DNA from: Alphaproteobacteria bacterium
Lineage (GTDB): Bacteria > Pseudomonadota > Alphaproteobacteria > RF32 > CAG-239
Direction: 5' to 3'
Length of the DNA: 64,000 nt
Assembly (NCBI GenBank): GCA_045577985.1
Contig: JAZNJJ010000028.1
Location: 133,403 to 197,402 of the forward strand
Shown here: positions 62,342 through 64,000 of the stretch, piece after piece
Layout: each line of letters starts with the position of its first letter
Numbering within the stretch: position 1 is the stretch's first letter
Translations under genes and position numbers: made by a program
The notes under the pieces: model-generated
The model's input: only the letters and a program-made list of their open reading frames with translations
Databases searched by the model: none
Told to the model about the DNA's origin: nothing

Positions 62342-64000
62342 ATGATTAGTAAGTTTTCAAAAATGCAAAACAGTGTATTCACAAAAATTGTATTATCTGT
62401 TACTGCTTTGAGTTTTGTGTCTTTATTTGGTGTTTCGGGCTATATTAATACCGCAAACAACAATAAAACAGTTATAAAGGTTGATGATATTGAATTAAGC
62501 CAAAGCGAATTTAATTATATGTTGCAAAAAGAATTTGCAAAATATAAAGCAGCTACAGGCGAAGAGTTTGACGAAGAAAATGATGATAAGAAAAAAGAAA
62601 TTGTGGTTGGTTTGGCACAAATTAATATTGAAAATGCCTTGATTGAAAATACCATGAGAAAACATAACGTTGATTTTACAGAAGATCTTATCCGTAATAT
62701 TATTTTTTCAACTCCGCAATTCCAAAGTGAAGGTAAATTTGATAAAGAAGCTTACGAGTGGTTTTTAAACCGTTCCGGACAAAGTGAAAGAGAGTTAATT
62801 ACAGAAATCAAACGCAATTTGGCTCGCAAAATTTTGTTAGATTCTCAAGTTGCTTACGCAAATGTTCCAACAATATTACAAAAACAAATGGAAAAAATTT
62901 TGGGACAAAGACGTACATTTAAATACATTAAAGTATCTAATAGTAATGCAAAAATAGATAGAGAACCTACAAATGAAGAACTTGATCAATATTATGAAGA
63001 TTTGAGTGAAGAATTTATGGTACCAGAAAAAAGAGACATTTCTGTTTTATATCTTTCTATGAATGATATTGAAAAAGGAATAGAGGTTTCTGATGAAGAA
63101 ATTAACGAATACTATAAAGAACATATTGATTTGTTTGAACAACCTGAACAACGTCATGTTTTACAAATGATTTTCGAATCTGAAGAAAAAGCCAATGAAG
63201 CAAGAAATAAAGTTGTTAATGGCACTGATTTTATGTCTGTTGCTACTGAAAGCGGACAGACCGCTGAAGATACAGATTTTGGCTTTGTTGGTCAAAATGA
63301 TCTTTCAGATGAATTGGCTGAAATCGTATTTTCTTTGAATAAAGGACAATTATCTGAGGCGAAAAAAGTTGATGATACTTGGCGAGTTGTTAAAGTTGTA
63401 GACATTAAACCTGAATATAAAATGCCTCAAACAGAAGCCAAAGCTCAAATTGTTGCAGATATTCGTCAAGAAAAGGCTTATGAAGGTAGTTATGATTTAA
63501 TTTCAGATATTGAGGATAAACTCGGTGCCGGAACAAATCTGGAAGATATTGCAAAAGAATATAATGTTGCATTGATTGATGTTAAATCTTTGGCAGAAGA
63601 TGGCTCATCTGATAGCAGAAACATGGATATTCAAAGTATTTTACAATCTCAAGATGTTCGTGATGCAGCTTTTTCATATAATGAAGGTGAAACAACTCAG
63701 GCTATTGAAGGTGATGCAGGAATCGTTGTTTTGAAAATAAACAAAATTCATGAAATACATCAACAACCTCGTGAAGAAGTTACGGCAAAAATCAAACAAA
63801 TTTGGCAGGAAAATGAACGAGCTTCTATTACTCAAGAAACTATTGACAATATTGAGCATGATTTAGAAGCCGGTGATTCATTAAAAGATGTAGCTTCTCG
63901 TTATGGATTACAAGTTATGAGAACTATGCCGATTACTCGCGGAGAAACTTTTGATGCGTTGGGTTATAATGAAATGAAAACTTTGTTTTCTTTGCCTAAA
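62342..64000 (+). CDS. ppiD: Periplasmic chaperone / peptidyl-prolyl isomerase PpiD family, N-terminal 553 codons (runs off the window)
   Basis: Absent from the ORF track because it has no stop. My translation from ATG 62342 gives MISKFSKMQNSVFTKIVLSVTALSFVSLFGVSGY...VIKVDDIELSQSEFNYMLQKE...TPQFQSEGKFDKEAYEWFLNRSGQSERELI, an N-terminal anchor plus SurA_N-like region. The frame is open to position 64000, and the gene diverges from tpiA as in many Proteobacteria. Confidence 0.75.
   Translation, partial: MISKFSKMQNSVFTKIVLSVTALSFVSLFGVSGYINTANNNKTVIKVDDIELSQSEFNYMLQKEFAKYKAATGEEFDEENDDKKKEIVVGLAQINIENALIENTMRKHNVDFTEDLIRNIIFSTPQFQSEGKFDKEAYEWFLNRSGQSERELITEIKRNLARKILLDSQVAYANVPTILQKQMEKILGQRRTFKYIKVSNSNAKIDREPTNEELDQYYEDLSEEFMVPEKRDISVLYLSMNDIEKGIEVSDEEINEYYKEHIDLFEQPEQRHVLQMIFESEEKANEARNKVVNGTDFMSVATESGQTAEDTDFGFVGQNDLSDELAEIVFSLNKGQLSEAKKVDDTWRVVKVVDIKPEYKMPQTEAKAQIVADIRQEKAYEGSYDLISDIEDKLGAGTNLEDIAKEYNVALIDVKSLAEDGSSDSRNMDIQSILQSQDVRDAAFSYNEGETTQAIEGDAGIVVLKINKIHEIHQQPREEVTAKIKQIWQENERASITQETIDNIEHDLEAGDSLKDVASRYGLQVMRTMPITRGETFDALGYNEMKTLFSLPK

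Noticed and set aside
1-64000. Checked for stop-codon reassignment or widespread pseudogenisation, which might be expected in a very A+T-rich, symbiont-like genome.
   Set aside because: All conserved genes translate full-length with the standard code. TGA, TAA and TAG all terminate well-supported ORFs (for example TGA at 10117-10119 and TAG at 48930-48932). No frameshifted housekeeping genes were seen.

Overview
This is a very A+T-rich, gene-dense bacterial chromosome segment. The backbone is housekeeping. On the minus strand it carries a gmd/GT4/nucleotidyltransferase operon, sdaA, pip, proS-pheT-pheS-rplT-rpmI, tRNA-Lys, lon, lolC/lolD, a LemA cluster, ugd and pyrG-secG-tpiA. ppiD diverges from tpiA and runs off the 3' edge. 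The pyrG-secG-tpiA/ppiD arrangement, together with LolCD, DsbD and an OMP barrel, suggests a Gram-negative, possibly low-GC alphaproteobacterium-like organism; this is inference from synteny only. An accessory block follows tRNA-Ser (about 23.1-38.1 kb). It holds a six-gene glycan operon (CMP-sugar synthetase-like, Maf/DUF115-like, two RgpF-like, HAD, GT2), a 959-aa secreted MORN/YwqK + ankyrin protein, two large orphan proteins and a prepilin-like gene. The most unusual signal is a 137-139-bp cassette present three times (10900-11036, 30037-30175, 37313-37449). Each cassette is two copies of one 32-nt palindrome spaced 105-107 nt start to start. Two of the three bracket a conserved sigma70-like promoter. 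Each cassette abuts the RBS of surface-structure genes: two paralogous prepilin-like genes, the glycan operon and an O-acetyltransferase. I read it as a candidate invertible-promoter or looping-operator switch; no recombinase or regulator gene is visible in this window. Other leads are tandem promoter-to-terminator modules (candidate sRNAs with C-GUGA-G tetraloop hairpins) in the 684-bp gap upstream of the MORN-ankyrin gene, a small-ORF module at 5.1-5.3 kb, and several orphan paralogue families. No CRISPR array, transposase, integrase or rRNA was seen.
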